Of a stretch of DNA of 64,000 bases, positions 63,556-64,000 are shown one piece after another. The notes below the pieces were generated by a model. That model made no database searches. It saw only the letters and a list, made by a program, of their open reading frames with translations, and was not told the origin of the DNA. This stretch comes from Lingula anatina. Its lineage: Eukaryota > Animalia > Brachiopoda. The translations under genes and the position numbers were made by a program. The stretch lies in contig CM120643.1 of the NCBI GenBank assembly GCA_051362555.1, positions 15,350,644-15,414,643 of the forward strand. Reading direction: 5' to 3'. The stretch's first letter is position 1. Every line of letters begins with the position of its first letter.

Positions 63556-63650
63556 CAGGGGCGGATCCAGGATTATTATATAGGATGCGAAGCCAAACAC
63601 ACCCACCCCCCACCCCCCAAGTTTTTTTTTTTTTTTTTCGAATGTATTTC
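63556..63650 (+). mobile_element. Truncated end of a CAGGGGCGGATCC-type MITE
   Basis: CAGGGGCGGATCCAG matches the terminus class of the element at 9598-9808. No partner end was found. Confidence 0.35.
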
Positions 63651-64000
63651 TTAAAATGAAATTCACTAGTTAAGCATAAACACACACAAAAAAAAATGTA
63701 AATAAATAAATAAAAAAAGGTTATTGTAAAACGCAATTTAATCATTTTTAATCAAAGTTTGTTCAATATTAATATATAGGCCTATTTCATCATTCCCGGA
63801 AGAAATGAACCCTAGAACATGGTGTTTTCAGTTTAATAGTTTATTTAATCTTTTCATCACATGTCGATGATTTCGGGCACATATACCGACAGTCCGAAGG
63901 ATCTTAAATCTGCACGTCCCTGGTTGCCGATTAGCCCCACCTCCTATTTGAATTAGGCGGTTTCCCATGAGTTTGTCTCTAATACTTCCACACCCATTTA

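Noticed and set aside
63100-63930. Diverged direct repeat (~63113-63230 vs ~63820-63915) as an RNA gene or exon pair
   Set aside because: No tRNA or snRNA fold and no open spliced frame were evident. It is probably decayed repeat fragments whose boundaries could not be defined.

Overview
This is AT-rich, intron-rich animal genomic DNA. The repeat landscape looks like a marine invertebrate, possibly a mollusc, but that is inference. I reconstructed seven spliced genes by hand, all with GT-AG introns and consistent phases. (1-3) Three tandem 8-exon paralogs (460-16955, +) encode ~335-aa membrane-anchored proteins that are essentially one bacterial-type family-3 solute-binding ('periplasmic binding protein') domain, with no channel or ABC partner in view. 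The array is mosaic, varies most at predicted ligand-pocket loops, and probably continues left of the window. (4) An unrecognised 729-aa membrane protein (18173-21994, +). (5) A small His-rich single-TM Sel1-like-repeat protein (22976-25958, +). (6) CTNNBL1 (16 exons, -). (7) ZC3H18 (18 coding exons, +), head-to-head with CTNNBL1. Introns carry two large Helentron-type non-autonomous elements with satellite-like internal arrays, a nested Kolobok-like element and several MITEs. Other notable structures are a minisatellite that multiplies a CTNNBL1 splice donor eight times, and a near-perfect 364-bp inverted duplication bracketing three ZC3H18 exons. No rRNA, tRNA or CRISPR was seen. Family assignments are from motif recognition only; no database search was run.
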